Of a DNA stretch of 64,000 bases, positions 40,132 to 49,584 are shown piece after piece (within the stretch, counting starts at the first letter, position 1; the number at the start of each line of letters is the position of its first letter). The stretch is from an uncultured Bacteroidaceae bacterium (lineage in GTDB: Bacteria > Bacillota > Clostridia > Christensenellales > CAG-917): the NCBI GenBank assembly GCA_964563025.1, contig CAZLVK010000005.1, positions 17,468 through 81,467 of the forward strand. Direction: 5' to 3'. The notes under the pieces were generated by a model. That model made no database searches. It was not told where the DNA came from and worked only from the letters and a program-made list of their open reading frames with translations. Both the position numbers and the translations under genes were made by a program.

Positions 40132-41309
40132 TTAATATTTGCTTAGTCGGCGCGTCCGGAAGAATGGGACGCACCACCTATAAATCTCTCATCGGCGTAG
40201 AGGATTTCAAAATCGTCTTCGGCGTGGACGCATTCCCCGCCACCGACCTTCCTTTCCCCGTCTACGGCAGTTTCGACGAGTGTCCTTTGGGCGCGGACGT
40301 CATCATCGACTTCTCCGCTCCCGCCATGCTCGACTCCATTCTCGACTATGCGGTGAAAAACGACGTCAGATGCGTCCTCTGCACCACTGGACATACCGAA
40401 GAACAAATGAAGCGTATCGAATACGCATCCAAGCAAGTCGCGATTTTCAAGTCGGCGAATATGTCCCTCGGCATAAATCTTCTCTCTAACCTTGCCAAAG
40501 AGGCGACCAAATTCCTCGGCGACTCCTACGATATCGAAATCGTCGAAGCGCACCACAACAAGAAACTCGACGCACCCAGCGGTACCGCTCTTTTGATTGC
40601 GAACGCTATCTCCGAAGTGCGTCCTCTCGTCCCCGAATTCGGCAGACACGAGAGTGCGAAAAGAAGAGAACCCTCCGAAATCGGCATACACGCCATTCGC
40701 GGCGGTACGGTCGTCGGCAAACACGACGTTATGTTCCTCGGCACGGGAGAAAGAATCACCCTCTGCCACGAAGCGGAAAGCAAAGAGGTCTTCGTGCAAG
40801 GCGCGCTTCGCGCGGCGGAATATCTTATGAGCAAGCAATGCGGGCTTTACGATATGAACTCTATCCTCGGCAGTTTCTACGCCGTCACGAGTGTTACCGC
40901 CGAAGAAAACGTGTCCGTCATCACGTTCCCGTCAATTACGACGGTGGACTTCCTCACCCTTCTTCGCAAGGTCAAAGAGCACAACGTCAATATCGATATG
41001 ATTTCTCAAAACGCAAACGCGGACGGCACGTTAGCGGTATCTTTCAGTTTGTCCGACAACGATCTCGCAAGCGTTGAAAAGATGACGACGGTCGAACATA
41101 AATGCGTTGTAGGAACCGTCAAAATCACGGCGGAAGGCGCAGGTATGGAACACCAAAGCGGTGTCGCTCTCGACGTGTTTACCCAGCTCAGAAGCGTGGG
41201 GGCGGAGATATACGCCATCACCACTTCGGAAACGAAAATCTCTTGCGCAATCAACCGCGACGCCAAAGCGGATGCGGAAATCGCGCTCAAACAATATTAC
41301 GGAATTTGA
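40128..41309 (+). CDS. dapB: 4-hydroxy-tetrahydrodipicolinate reductase fused to C-terminal ACT domains
   Basis: GASGRMG, IDFS, CTTG, ANMSLG, EAHHNKKLDAPSGTA, RGGTVVGKH; about 145 extra residues with VNIDMISQ and GAGM...GVA...ITTSETKIS. Confidence 0.92.
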   Translation: MINICLVGASGRMGRTTYKSLIGVEDFKIVFGVDAFPATDLPFPVYGSFDECPLGADVIIDFSAPAMLDSILDYAVKNDVRCVLCTTGHTEEQMKRIEYASKQVAIFKSANMSLGINLLSNLAKEATKFLGDSYDIEIVEAHHNKKLDAPSGTALLIANAISEVRPLVPEFGRHESAKRREPSEIGIHAIRGGTVVGKHDVMFLGTGERITLCHEAESKEVFVQGALRAAEYLMSKQCGLYDMNSILGSFYAVTSVTAEENVSVITFPSITTVDFLTLLRKVKEHNVNIDMISQNANADGTLAVSFSLSDNDLASVEKMTTVEHKCVVGTVKITAEGAGMEHQSGVALDVFTQLRSVGAEIYAITTSETKISCAINRDAKADAEIALKQYYGI

Positions 41310-41376
41310 AGTTAATGCGTGCGTTTTGCGCACATTAACGTTTGATTTTGCAATTACGACATTTTGTCGGTATACT

Positions 41377-41404
41377 AAAACCGCTCCTTCTCGGAGCGGT
41401 TTTT
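41377..41404. terminator. Bidirectional intrinsic terminator
   Basis: AAAACCGCTCC-TTCTC-GGAGCGGTTTTT between convergent dapB and the DMT gene. Confidence 0.85.
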
Positions 41405-41458
41405 CAAAGACTTTTATTTCCGTTTCGGGTTATATTTGCCCGCGGAATAAATCGTACC

Positions 41459-42409
41459 TTACGGATTTTCTTCGACAACTACTACGTTTTCTCCGAAACG
41501 CTTATCCGCCGTTTCGTCAAATTCGAGGAAGGTTTTCTCGACTCTGAATTGTGCGACGAACACCGCTATAAATACGAGGAGACAACCGCACAACTCTTTC
41601 TCGCTGTTGCGTTCGTGCAAAAAAATTGCGCCGAAAATCAAACTGAACACCGATTCGAGACTCATAATAAGCGTCGAGGTGGACGGAGATACTCTCTTTT
41701 GTCCCTCTACTTGCAAGGTGTAGGCAAACGCACTCGAAAGCACTCCGAGATATAGCAAAGGCAAAATCCCCGCACTCACGCTCTCTGCGGACGGAAATCC
41801 GTTCACCGCCATAAACGGCAAGCCGATAACCGAACTCGTCGCAAATTGTACGAGATTGAATTTGAGAGCGTCCGCTTTTCTTGCGTAAAGGTCTATGAAT
41901 ACGATTTGCAAAGAAAAGGAAACCGCGCAAAGAAGTATGAGAGACTCCCCTCTGCTTATGCCGGCATCCCCCGTCACACACATGAGCCAAAAGCCGAGAA
42001 CCGCAATGATAACCGCAAACCGCCCGCCAACCGTCGTTTTTCTCCCGGTAAGCAAGCCCATAAAGGGAACGATGACGATATAAAGTGCGGTGATGAATCC
42101 CGCCTTGCCAGCCTCTGTCTCTTCCAACCCAAGTTGTTGCACGAGAGTTGAGAACATAAGGACGACTCCGCATATAATCCCGCCCACGACGGTATCGCGA
42201 TTGAAGCCTATTCTCTTTTTTCCTCTGCGCTTGTTTACGAGGTCGGAGAGAGCGACGAGTACCACGAGGGAAACCGTCGCGATGACGTAGCGCAATTCGC
42301 TGAAAGAATATCCGTCGAGAGCGTTTGCGCCGAGCCTTTGCACGACGAAAGCAAACCCCCAGACGAAAGCGGTAACGAGAAGAATTATCGTCCCCGTAAA
42401 ATTACGCAT
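41459..42409 (-). CDS. DMT/EamA-family transporter
   Basis: AFVWGFAFVVQ, GKAGFITALYIVIVP, AYTLQ, IMSLESVF; 10 TM segments. Confidence 0.88.
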   Translation of the reverse strand: MRNFTGTIILLVTAFVWGFAFVVQRLGANALDGYSFSELRYVIATVSLVVLVALSDLVNKRRGKKRIGFNRDTVVGGIICGVVLMFSTLVQQLGLEETEAGKAGFITALYIVIVPFMGLLTGRKTTVGGRFAVIIAVLGFWLMCVTGDAGISRGESLILLCAVSFSLQIVFIDLYARKADALKFNLVQFATSSVIGLPFMAVNGFPSAESVSAGILPLLYLGVLSSAFAYTLQVEGQKRVSPSTSTLIMSLESVFSLIFGAIFLHERNSEKELCGCLLVFIAVFVAQFRVEKTFLEFDETADKRFGENVVVVEENP

Positions 42410-43181
42410 TTTCGACGATTTCTCCCCACGTAACCTTTTCCTCGACGCCGTTTCTCACGACGACGAGGGAGCCGTCACTATCCACTCTGACCGCCTTGCC
42501 TTTGACGGTTTCTCCGTTATCTACCGCATATGTCACTGTTTTGCCGACAGTCGAGGAATAGCGGTTGTATTCTTCGTTCAGTTCGTCCGTGAACTTGCCG
42601 AAATACATATCGCAAATATCCGAAAGTGCGACCGCGAGCATTGCACAAGCCTTTTTCACGTCGTAACGTTTGCCCGTAACCGCGCGAAGAGAGGTTGCTA
42701 TTTCGACGGAGTTCAAGTCTTCTTTTTTCGTATCGACGTTGACGCCGATGCCGACGACGACGAAACGCTCTCCGTTTTTCTCGACGGATTCGGGAAGAAT
42801 ACCTGCGATTTTTTTGCCGTCGAGTTTGACATCGTTGGGCCATTTGACAGAGAGAGTATGAACCGTGCTATCGACGAAAGCGGACAGCACATTCACGACC
42901 GCAAGCGCGCTGTACAAGCCGAAAGAGACGAAATCCGAACCGCTCGGCACTTTGGTGACGTAACTGAGATACACTCCTCCCTTAGGGGACACGAAACTTC
43001 TGTCGTATCTTCCCCGCCCGGCGGTTTGAGTGCTTGCGACGAACGTCGCTTTATCCGATACTTTTCCGTCCGCTATATACTCTTTCGCAATGCGGTTGGT
43101 GGAATCCACCCGAGAAAAGCAAAAGCAAGGCAAGCGATTGCCCTGCTTTTTTTCTACGTAACTTTCTATACTGCCGATCAT
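42402..43181 (-). CDS. birA: Biotin--protein ligase without an N-terminal HTH
   Basis: DSTN, QTAGRGR, KWPNDV, KIAGIL, GIGVN. Confidence 0.92.
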   Translation of the reverse strand: MIGSIESYVEKKQGNRLPCFCFSRVDSTNRIAKEYIADGKVSDKATFVASTQTAGRGRYDRSFVSPKGGVYLSYVTKVPSGSDFVSFGLYSALAVVNVLSAFVDSTVHTLSVKWPNDVKLDGKKIAGILPESVEKNGERFVVVGIGVNVDTKKEDLNSVEIATSLRAVTGKRYDVKKACAMLAVALSDICDMYFGKFTDELNEEYNRYSSTVGKTVTYAVDNGETVKGKAVRVDSDGSLVVVRNGVEEKVTWGEIVENA

Positions 43182-43182
43182 A

Positions 43183-44379
43183 TTAACTGAAAACAGCCAT
43201 CAAGAAACCTGCCGCGACTGCCGAGCCGATAACGCCTGCGACGTTAGGTCCCATTGCATGCATTAGCAAGTAGTTGTTCTTGTCATACTGTCTGCCGACG
43301 GTGTTGGACACACGCGCCGCCATAGGCACTGCGGAAACGCCTGCCGAGCCGATGAGAGGATTGACTTTGCCCTTCGTGACGAAGCACATAATCTTGCCGA
43401 AGAGCAATCCGCCGAAGGTCGCGAACATAAACGCACCGAGACCGAGGGCGATGATATAGATGGTTTGAAGTTTGAGGAAGGTCGCCGCTTGTGCGGTTGC
43501 GCCGACGGAGATACCGAGGAAAAGCGTTACGATATTCATAAGCGCGTTCTGGACGGTATCGGAGAGTCTTTCGGTGACTCCGCATTCCTTCAAGAGGTTG
43601 CCGAACATAAGGCATCCGAGCAAACCTGCGACGGAGGGCAAAATGAAGCAAGTTGCGAGAGTAACGATGATGGGGAACAAAATCTTCTCTTTCTTGCTGA
43701 CTTTGCGGGTGGGTTTCATGACGATTGCTCTTTCCTTTTTGGTGGTCATCAACTTCATGAGAGGAGGTTGGATGAGCGGGATAAGAGCCATGTACGAATA
43801 CGCCGCGACCGCGATAGGCGCAAGGAGTTCGGAAGCAAGGGACTTGGTGAGCCAGATTGCCGTAGGACCGTCCGCTCCGCCGATGATACCGATACTTGCC
43901 GCTTGAGGACCGGTGAATCCGATGCAAATTGCAAAGAAGAACGCAACGTAAACGCCGAGTTGTGCCGCCGCGCCGAGAAGCAAAGATTTAGGATTGGAGA
44001 GCAAAGGCTCAAAGTCCGTCATTGCGCCGACGCCCATAAAAATAAGGCAAGGATATACGCCCGTCTTGACGCCTATGTAGAGGATGTCGATGAGACCGCC
44101 GTGCTGGAGAACGTACACATAGTCCACTCCACCGTCAGCGACCACCGCGTCTCCCGTCCAAAATTCGGGGTGGAAAATCATATCGTCCTCACCGCCGACG
44201 GGAAGGTTGGTGAGAAGCATACCGAACGCGATGCCGACGAGCAGTAACGGTTCAAATTGCTTTTTGATACCCAAGTAAAGGAATACGCACGCTATGACAA
44301 GCATGACCGCGTTTTGCCAAGTGAAGTTGGCAAGACCGCTCGTATTCCATAGATTTTTCAGTATTTCGCCGTAATTCAT
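43183..44379 (-). CDS. oadB: Na+-translocating decarboxylase beta subunit
   Basis: EPLLL, GAMTDF, IGIIGGADGPTAI, AAYSYMAL, AGVSAVPMAARV, MGPNVAGVIGS. Confidence 0.95.
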   Translation of the reverse strand: MNYGEILKNLWNTSGLANFTWQNAVMLVIACVFLYLGIKKQFEPLLLVGIAFGMLLTNLPVGGEDDMIFHPEFWTGDAVVADGGVDYVYVLQHGGLIDILYIGVKTGVYPCLIFMGVGAMTDFEPLLSNPKSLLLGAAAQLGVYVAFFFAICIGFTGPQAASIGIIGGADGPTAIWLTKSLASELLAPIAVAAYSYMALIPLIQPPLMKLMTTKKERAIVMKPTRKVSKKEKILFPIIVTLATCFILPSVAGLLGCLMFGNLLKECGVTERLSDTVQNALMNIVTLFLGISVGATAQAATFLKLQTIYIIALGLGAFMFATFGGLLFGKIMCFVTKGKVNPLIGSAGVSAVPMAARVSNTVGRQYDKNNYLLMHAMGPNVAGVIGSAVAAGFLMAVFS

Positions 44380-44387
44380 TTGTCACC

Positions 44388-44780
44388 TCAGAGAATTTCA
44401 ACGAGGGGCGCTCCGGTGTCGACGGACGCGCCTTTCGTGACGAGGATATTGCCCACCTTACCGCTGACGGGAGAGGTGATTTCGTTTTCCATCTTCATTG
44501 CTTCGAGGATGATGAGGACGTCTCCCTCTTTCACGAGTTGTCCCACGGTAACTTTGATTTGATTGATAGTGCCGGGGAGCGGAGACTTGACGACTTCGCC
44601 GTTTCCGCTTGCTACGGGTGCAGCGGCGGGTGCCGACGCGACGGGCGCACTAACTGCGGGGGCTGCGACTGCGGGTTCCGCTACGGGAAGGCTCGCTTCG
44701 TATTCCGCTTTGACGATTGCCTCGCCTTGTTCTACTTCGACTTCGTATATTTTGCCGTTCAAGGTAACTTTGTATATCAT
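44388..44780 (-). CDS. Biotin carboxyl carrier protein of the decarboxylase
   Basis: Ala/Pro-rich linker and EAMKMENEI biotinylation motif. Confidence 0.93.
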   Translation of the reverse strand: MIYKVTLNGKIYEVEVEQGEAIVKAEYEASLPVAEPAVAAPAVSAPVASAPAAAPVASGNGEVVKSPLPGTINQIKVTVGQLVKEGDVLIILEAMKMENEITSPVSGKVGNILVTKGASVDTGAPLVEIL

Positions 44781-44781
44781 A

Positions 44782-45180
44782 TTATTTTTGCTCCTCCTGG
44801 TCTATTCTCTTGATGGATTTGAATTTGAGTTGATTGAGCGGAATACCCGTGGAATCCGCTACGATTGCCATAATCATAGCCGCGTCTCTCTCCTCGGTTT
44901 TGACAAGGAGAAGGTCTCCGCAAGAGCCGGGGGCGAGTTCTTTGCTCTCCTCTACCGCTTGGGGAGCGGGTTCAGCCGTCTCTTTTTTCTTGCCGAAATT
45001 GATTTTCGGAAGTTTCGCCGTGATTTCGGGAGATTTCTCTCCGATCTTGCCCATTGCCCAAATGATAAACATAAGGATGACAAGCACTGCAAAAACTATC
45101 ACCATGCCGAGCAAAGACAAAATGAGGGCGTCGAGAGCGGATATGTTTACGTTTGATAACGCAAGAAGATTTGTCATCAT
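44782..45180 (-). CDS. oadG: Decarboxylase gamma/delta subunit (OadG family)
   Basis: Single TM GMVIVFAVLVIL; C-terminal AAMIMAIVAD...FKSIK. Confidence 0.8.
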   Translation of the reverse strand: MMTNLLALSNVNISALDALILSLLGMVIVFAVLVILMFIIWAMGKIGEKSPEITAKLPKINFGKKKETAEPAPQAVEESKELAPGSCGDLLLVKTEERDAAMIMAIVADSTGIPLNQLKFKSIKRIDQEEQK

Positions 45181-45190
45181 ATATTGCTCC

Positions 45191-46573
45191 TTATTCCTCG
45201 ATGGGTGCTATCGTGTATTTTACGACTTTTTCTTCCGCCGCTTTGCGTGCTTGGAAGAATTTCTCGGTGACGGTGGGGAACGCGATATAACTCAACACGT
45301 CCTCATCACTTCTGGCGGTGTCGCCGAGTTCCGCTTTGGTCTTTTCAAAAGCGGGTTCGAGAGTGTCCGCATATCTTCCCTCGATGGGTTTTTCGTCGCC
45401 GAGGACTTTCGCCATAACTTCGGGGTTGATGGGTGCGGGAGTGGTGCCGTATTCGCCGAGACAATAACTCTTGACCTCTTTGGATACGTTCTTATATCTC
45501 TCCCCTGCGAGTACGTTTGCGGTCGCTTGAACGCCGACCATTTGGCTCATAGGAGTCACGAGAGGAGGATAACCGAGGTCCGCTCTGACTTTGGGGGTTT
45601 CGAGGAGGACTTCGTCGAATTTATCCATTGCGTTTTGTGCTTTGAGTTGCGCCACGAGATTGGAAAGCATTCCGCCGGGAACCTTGTAGGTGAGTGCGTC
45701 GGTGTCCGTCGCCATCATCTTGGGGTTGAGACCGCCGCTTGCGAGATATTCGTCGCGAATGGGTTTGAAGAAGTCGTTGACTTCTTTGAGGACGTCCGCG
45801 TTAAGACCGGTTTCGTAGCCGAGTTGACCGAGTGCATAGTTGAGGGTTTCGGTTGCGGGTTGAGAAGTGCCGCCGCTGAAACAAGAAGTTGCGGTGTCGA
45901 TGACGTCGACGCCCGCTTCCGCCGCCTTAAGATAAGTCATAAACGCAAGACCGGTGGTGCAGTGAGTGTGGAGCACGACGGGGACTTTGACTTCTTTCTT
46001 GATTGCGGTGATGAGTTCTTGCGCCTCGAAGGGGCTCATAACGCCCGCCATATCCTTGACGCAGATGGATTGTACTCCCATATTTTCGAGTTCTTTCGCG
46101 AGTTTTGCAAAGGATTCGAGGGTGTGAACGGGGCTTTGAGTGAAGGAAAGAGTTCCCGAAACGGTTGCGCCTTTCTTTATTGCCTCTTTTGCCGCGACTT
46201 CGATATTGCGAAGGTCGTTGAGTGCGTCGAAGATACGGATGATATCGATACCGTTATCCACCGACTTATCCACGAACGCGCGGACGACGTCGTCGGGATA
46301 GTGCTTGTAGCCGAGAAGGTTTTGACCTCTCAAAAGCATTTGCAATTTCGTATTGGGCATGCCCTTGCGAAGTTTGCGGAGTCTTTCCCACGGGTCTTCG
46401 TTGAGATATCTCAAACAACTGTCAAAGACCGCTCCGCCCCAGCACTCTACGGAATAATAACCCGCTTTGTCCATCGTAGGCAGTATGTCTGCGAATTTTT
46501 CATACGGCAAACGCGTTGCAATCAAAGATTGGTTGGCGTCGCGCAGAACAGTTTCGGTAAAACCAATTTTCAT
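45191..46573 (-). CDS. oadA: Oxaloacetate decarboxylase alpha (carboxyltransferase) subunit
   Basis: LRDANQSLIATR, ECWGGA, EDPWERLR, LRGQN, KDMAG, HTHCT, VPGGMLSNL, PPLVTPMSQ; biotinyl domain encoded separately. Confidence 0.92.
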   Translation of the reverse strand: MKIGFTETVLRDANQSLIATRLPYEKFADILPTMDKAGYYSVECWGGAVFDSCLRYLNEDPWERLRKLRKGMPNTKLQMLLRGQNLLGYKHYPDDVVRAFVDKSVDNGIDIIRIFDALNDLRNIEVAAKEAIKKGATVSGTLSFTQSPVHTLESFAKLAKELENMGVQSICVKDMAGVMSPFEAQELITAIKKEVKVPVVLHTHCTTGLAFMTYLKAAEAGVDVIDTATSCFSGGTSQPATETLNYALGQLGYETGLNADVLKEVNDFFKPIRDEYLASGGLNPKMMATDTDALTYKVPGGMLSNLVAQLKAQNAMDKFDEVLLETPKVRADLGYPPLVTPMSQMVGVQATANVLAGERYKNVSKEVKSYCLGEYGTTPAPINPEVMAKVLGDEKPIEGRYADTLEPAFEKTKAELGDTARSDEDVLSYIAFPTVTEKFFQARKAAEEKVVKYTIAPIEE

Positions 46574-46601
46574 TTTTGCCTCCATAATGTGTATAAAGTT
46601 T

Positions 46602-47597
46602 TTATTGTTTCGTTATATCGTCGAGCGGTAGCATTTTCACGTCGAAACTGCCGTCGTCCTCGATTTCGATGATAGTACCCCCTCGTTGGGTATGCTTCTT
46701 TGCGATTTTCCAATACGCAAGATAGTCTATACTCATACCGTAGGTGAGGCGTATTCCATCGTAGGTAAGGGAGAGCGTATTGAGGTGGTCGTGCCCCATA
46801 AACATACCTTTGCACGAGCCGAAACTCACCATTTCCTTGAAGAAAGAGCCTTCTATCGTCTTCGGATAGCCGAAATAGTTATCCTTTTCCTGCACGAATC
46901 CGTGATGATAGACTACACTCTCGTCCCCTCGATAACACTTTTCCCACGCGTCCTTAAATTCCTTGGGCGGAATGTGGAAGAATGCAAGGGACCGTGCTCG
47001 TTCTCCGCCGACGCTTTCCTCGCAAACGGTATCCTCGTACCATCTGATTTGATCCTCGTGGATTGTGTCGAATCCGCTGAAAAATGATTTGCCGAGATAC
47101 GCGTTGGAGTCGAGCATCATAAGTAGAGTATTCAGTTTGCCGTCCGCGTTTTCAAGGCGGATACAATAATTCCCGCAACCGGTGAGTTTCGCATCTCCCT
47201 TTTCAAAATAACAATTAGGTATGCTTTCATACAAGGAGCCGAGTTCTTCTCTCGTGAGTTTCGCAAACGTCTCGGAGTCGTGATTGCCGAGGGTTACGCA
47301 CCACGGCACGCCGAGTTTTTGCATAAGAGATGCGAACCGTTTCGTAGGGCGTTCGTTGTTGCACGTCCCCGAAAACCAGAAGAGCGGGTAGCATATATCT
47401 CCCGTCACCACGACGAAGTCGGCGTTCGATGCACGCACGATTTTTTCGACTGCGTCGAGTGCCGATTTATCCTTCTTCACGCTTAGGAAGCCTCCTCCGA
47501 TATGTACGTCGGTGAGTTGAAGAATCCTGAACGGAACGCCTTCTTTCTTCCTTATGACGGTTTTATTATTCGTTCTTTCTATCGTAACGTTTGCCAT
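46602..47597 (-). CDS. Calcineurin-like metallophosphoesterase (Dcr2-like)
   Basis: TDVH, TGD, GNHD, FFHIP, GHDH motifs. Confidence 0.88.
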   Translation of the reverse strand: MANVTIERTNNKTVIRKKEGVPFRILQLTDVHIGGGFLSVKKDKSALDAVEKIVRASNADFVVVTGDICYPLFWFSGTCNNERPTKRFASLMQKLGVPWCVTLGNHDSETFAKLTREELGSLYESIPNCYFEKGDAKLTGCGNYCIRLENADGKLNTLLMMLDSNAYLGKSFFSGFDTIHEDQIRWYEDTVCEESVGGERARSLAFFHIPPKEFKDAWEKCYRGDESVVYHHGFVQEKDNYFGYPKTIEGSFFKEMVSFGSCKGMFMGHDHLNTLSLTYDGIRLTYGMSIDYLAYWKIAKKHTQRGGTIIEIEDDGSFDVKMLPLDDITKQ

Positions 47598-47598
47598 A

Positions 47599-49134
47599 TT
47601 ATTTTCCGCAAAGTTCCTCTATGAGGTCTTGTCTCTCTACCTTTTCGGCGATGGTGAGGGAGTCGAGTTCGCCCGCTCTCGCCTTGTCGTTGAAGTATCT
47701 GATGCGGGAGAGTTTCTTGTCCGTAACCTTATAGAAGCACGACGCGGTGAACGCACATACGAAGAGCAGACATACCGTCACTCCTATAAATATGCGGAGA
47801 GCGGTTGCGACGCTATCGGGTTGGATAACCGTTTCGGTCGCTTCGTGGGAGATATAGTTTGCACCCGCAAGCACCCAGCCGACGGATGAAGACGCAAAGG
47901 CGGTCGCTATCGTGCGACAGAAGGTCATAACCGCGCCCATACTGCCCGACGGTCTCTCCCCTTTTTTGAGTTCGACGACGTCCACTGTATCCGGGAAAAT
48001 AAGCCACGGCATAACCTGCGAACCGCCGAAGAAGAAGCCCATAAGCATCATATCGACAACCACTATCCACGGACTCCAATCCGATTGCACGCAAACCATG
48101 ATTATTGCGGTGACGATGAAGCCGGGGATTGTGAAACGATAGGCAAATTGTTTGGAGTATTTGCGCATATTGTGATACGCAAGAGGCACGGCGACCGCGG
48201 CGCAAACCATAAACGGCCCGATAATGATAATCGAACTGTTGCCGAGGTCCATACCGAGGAAGGTCATTCCGTTCAAAATATTCTCGCAATAATAGAGTGC
48301 AACCGCGCTGATGACGTCCATCGCTATATACGCGCACACGTACATTATAAGGTGAAGATAGAACGACTTGACTTTTATGGTACCGAAATATTCTTTGAGA
48401 TTGAGTTTTTCCTTGTGCTCGACGTCGTAAGGAGCACGTTCCTTGACTACGAAACCGCCGACTACGAGAGGAATCGAGAACAGTCCGCCGAAACCTAAGC
48501 AAAGCGTAAGATAGAACGCCGTGTAACTAATCGTGCCGTTTTTGAGGGCGGATAACAAAAGGCTGGGGAGCAAGAAACAAAGTCCCGCCGAGCCTAAATC
48601 GAACAATAATTTGATGAGGTTTGCCTTGTTGCGCTCACGATAATCCGCGGATATGTCCGAACTCATACTGTTGAACGGAACTTGCGAAATGGACGAAACC
48701 GTGCAGTAGACGAGGTACGCTACGCAAATCCATATCGCTTGCCACGTGTCGCCGAGACCTTGTATGGGAGCGTACAAAAAGAGCATCGCGGGAATGATGA
48801 GCGCACCGCCGATGATGATATACGGACGACGACGTCCGAGTTTTGTACGCGTATTGTCGGTGATTATGCCGAAAGACGGATCGATAATCGCGTCCCAAAT
48901 CTTCGCAATAAGCACCGCCGTGCCCGCAAAACCCGCATCTATGCCCACGACGGACGTGAAATAATACATCAACAGCAAGGAAATAAGGCTTCCTTGCCCA
49001 CCGCCGAAAATGTCCATTGCACCGTAAATAATCTTCTCTTTCGTGGGGATTTTGTCCTCTTCGCGAACGGGAAGTTCACCCGCGGGAACGGCAATTTCGG
49101 TCGTAGTATTGGTGTCAGTCGCGTCTTGAGTCAT
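47599..49134 (-). CDS. MFS glycoside-pentoside-hexuronide (GPH) symporter
   Basis: KIWDAIIDP, DNTRTKLGRRRPY, FPDTVDVVELKKGER; about 12 TM segments. Confidence 0.88.
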   Translation of the reverse strand: MTQDATDTNTTTEIAVPAGELPVREEDKIPTKEKIIYGAMDIFGGGQGSLISLLLMYYFTSVVGIDAGFAGTAVLIAKIWDAIIDPSFGIITDNTRTKLGRRRPYIIIGGALIIPAMLFLYAPIQGLGDTWQAIWICVAYLVYCTVSSISQVPFNSMSSDISADYRERNKANLIKLLFDLGSAGLCFLLPSLLLSALKNGTISYTAFYLTLCLGFGGLFSIPLVVGGFVVKERAPYDVEHKEKLNLKEYFGTIKVKSFYLHLIMYVCAYIAMDVISAVALYYCENILNGMTFLGMDLGNSSIIIIGPFMVCAAVAVPLAYHNMRKYSKQFAYRFTIPGFIVTAIIMVCVQSDWSPWIVVVDMMLMGFFFGGSQVMPWLIFPDTVDVVELKKGERPSGSMGAVMTFCRTIATAFASSSVGWVLAGANYISHEATETVIQPDSVATALRIFIGVTVCLLFVCAFTASCFYKVTDKKLSRIRYFNDKARAGELDSLTIAEKVERQDLIEELCGK

Positions 49135-49290
49135 AACTATACTCCGATTTTAGTCATTGTAGATTATAGCATAAGCCTTGACAAGTCGCAAGAGAAAACG
49201 AAAACTTGCTTAAAAATAAATTAAAATTTATTTCTTTCCGCCATTCACTCTCCTCGCTCCCCTTTCGCCCACCGACCCCTCTCCCCCTTC

Positions 49291-49467
49291 GGTCAATTTG
49301 GGGACGGAGCAAAAAATCACCCTCGGGCTATTCGGGGACGGAGCAAAATTTTACAATTACATTTGCATATTGTCTGTGTTTAGTCAGTTTTCCCAATGTA
49401 AAGGTCAATTTAGGGACGGAGCAAAAAATCACCCTTGGGCGATTTTTTGCTCCGTCCCCAAATAGCC
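49291..49467. repeat. Cluster of four REP-like units (core GGGACGGAGCAAAA), three direct and one inverted
   Basis: Units at about 49291-49328, 49326-49350, 49403-49440 and inverted 49441-49467; the last two form a 19-bp stem hairpin. Confidence 0.85.
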
Positions 49468-49584
49468 TTTCGGATGAAATGGATGGGTGTTTTCCCGCGC
49501 TCCGCCAAAATCTTCCCGCAAAAGTTCTTGCTTTATTCAAGAAAAATGTTAGAATTATTATATTCTAAGGTACAGGGTACTTCA

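Noticed and set aside
44834-46672. Very long antisense ORFs (612 aa here; also 21643-23076, 23077-24504, 32472-33755, 55723-57306)
   Set aside because: They lie opposite well-supported genes and lack motifs and RBSs. The pattern is expected when sense codons rarely use TTA, CTA or TCA.
49291-49467. CRISPR array
   Set aside because: Only four units with irregular spacing, one of them inverted; no unique equal-length spacers and no cas genes
49435-49584. N-terminal extension of the MacB-like ORF (913 aa in the track)
   Set aside because: The extension runs through the repeat and promoter region; the ATPase domain begins at ATG 49585
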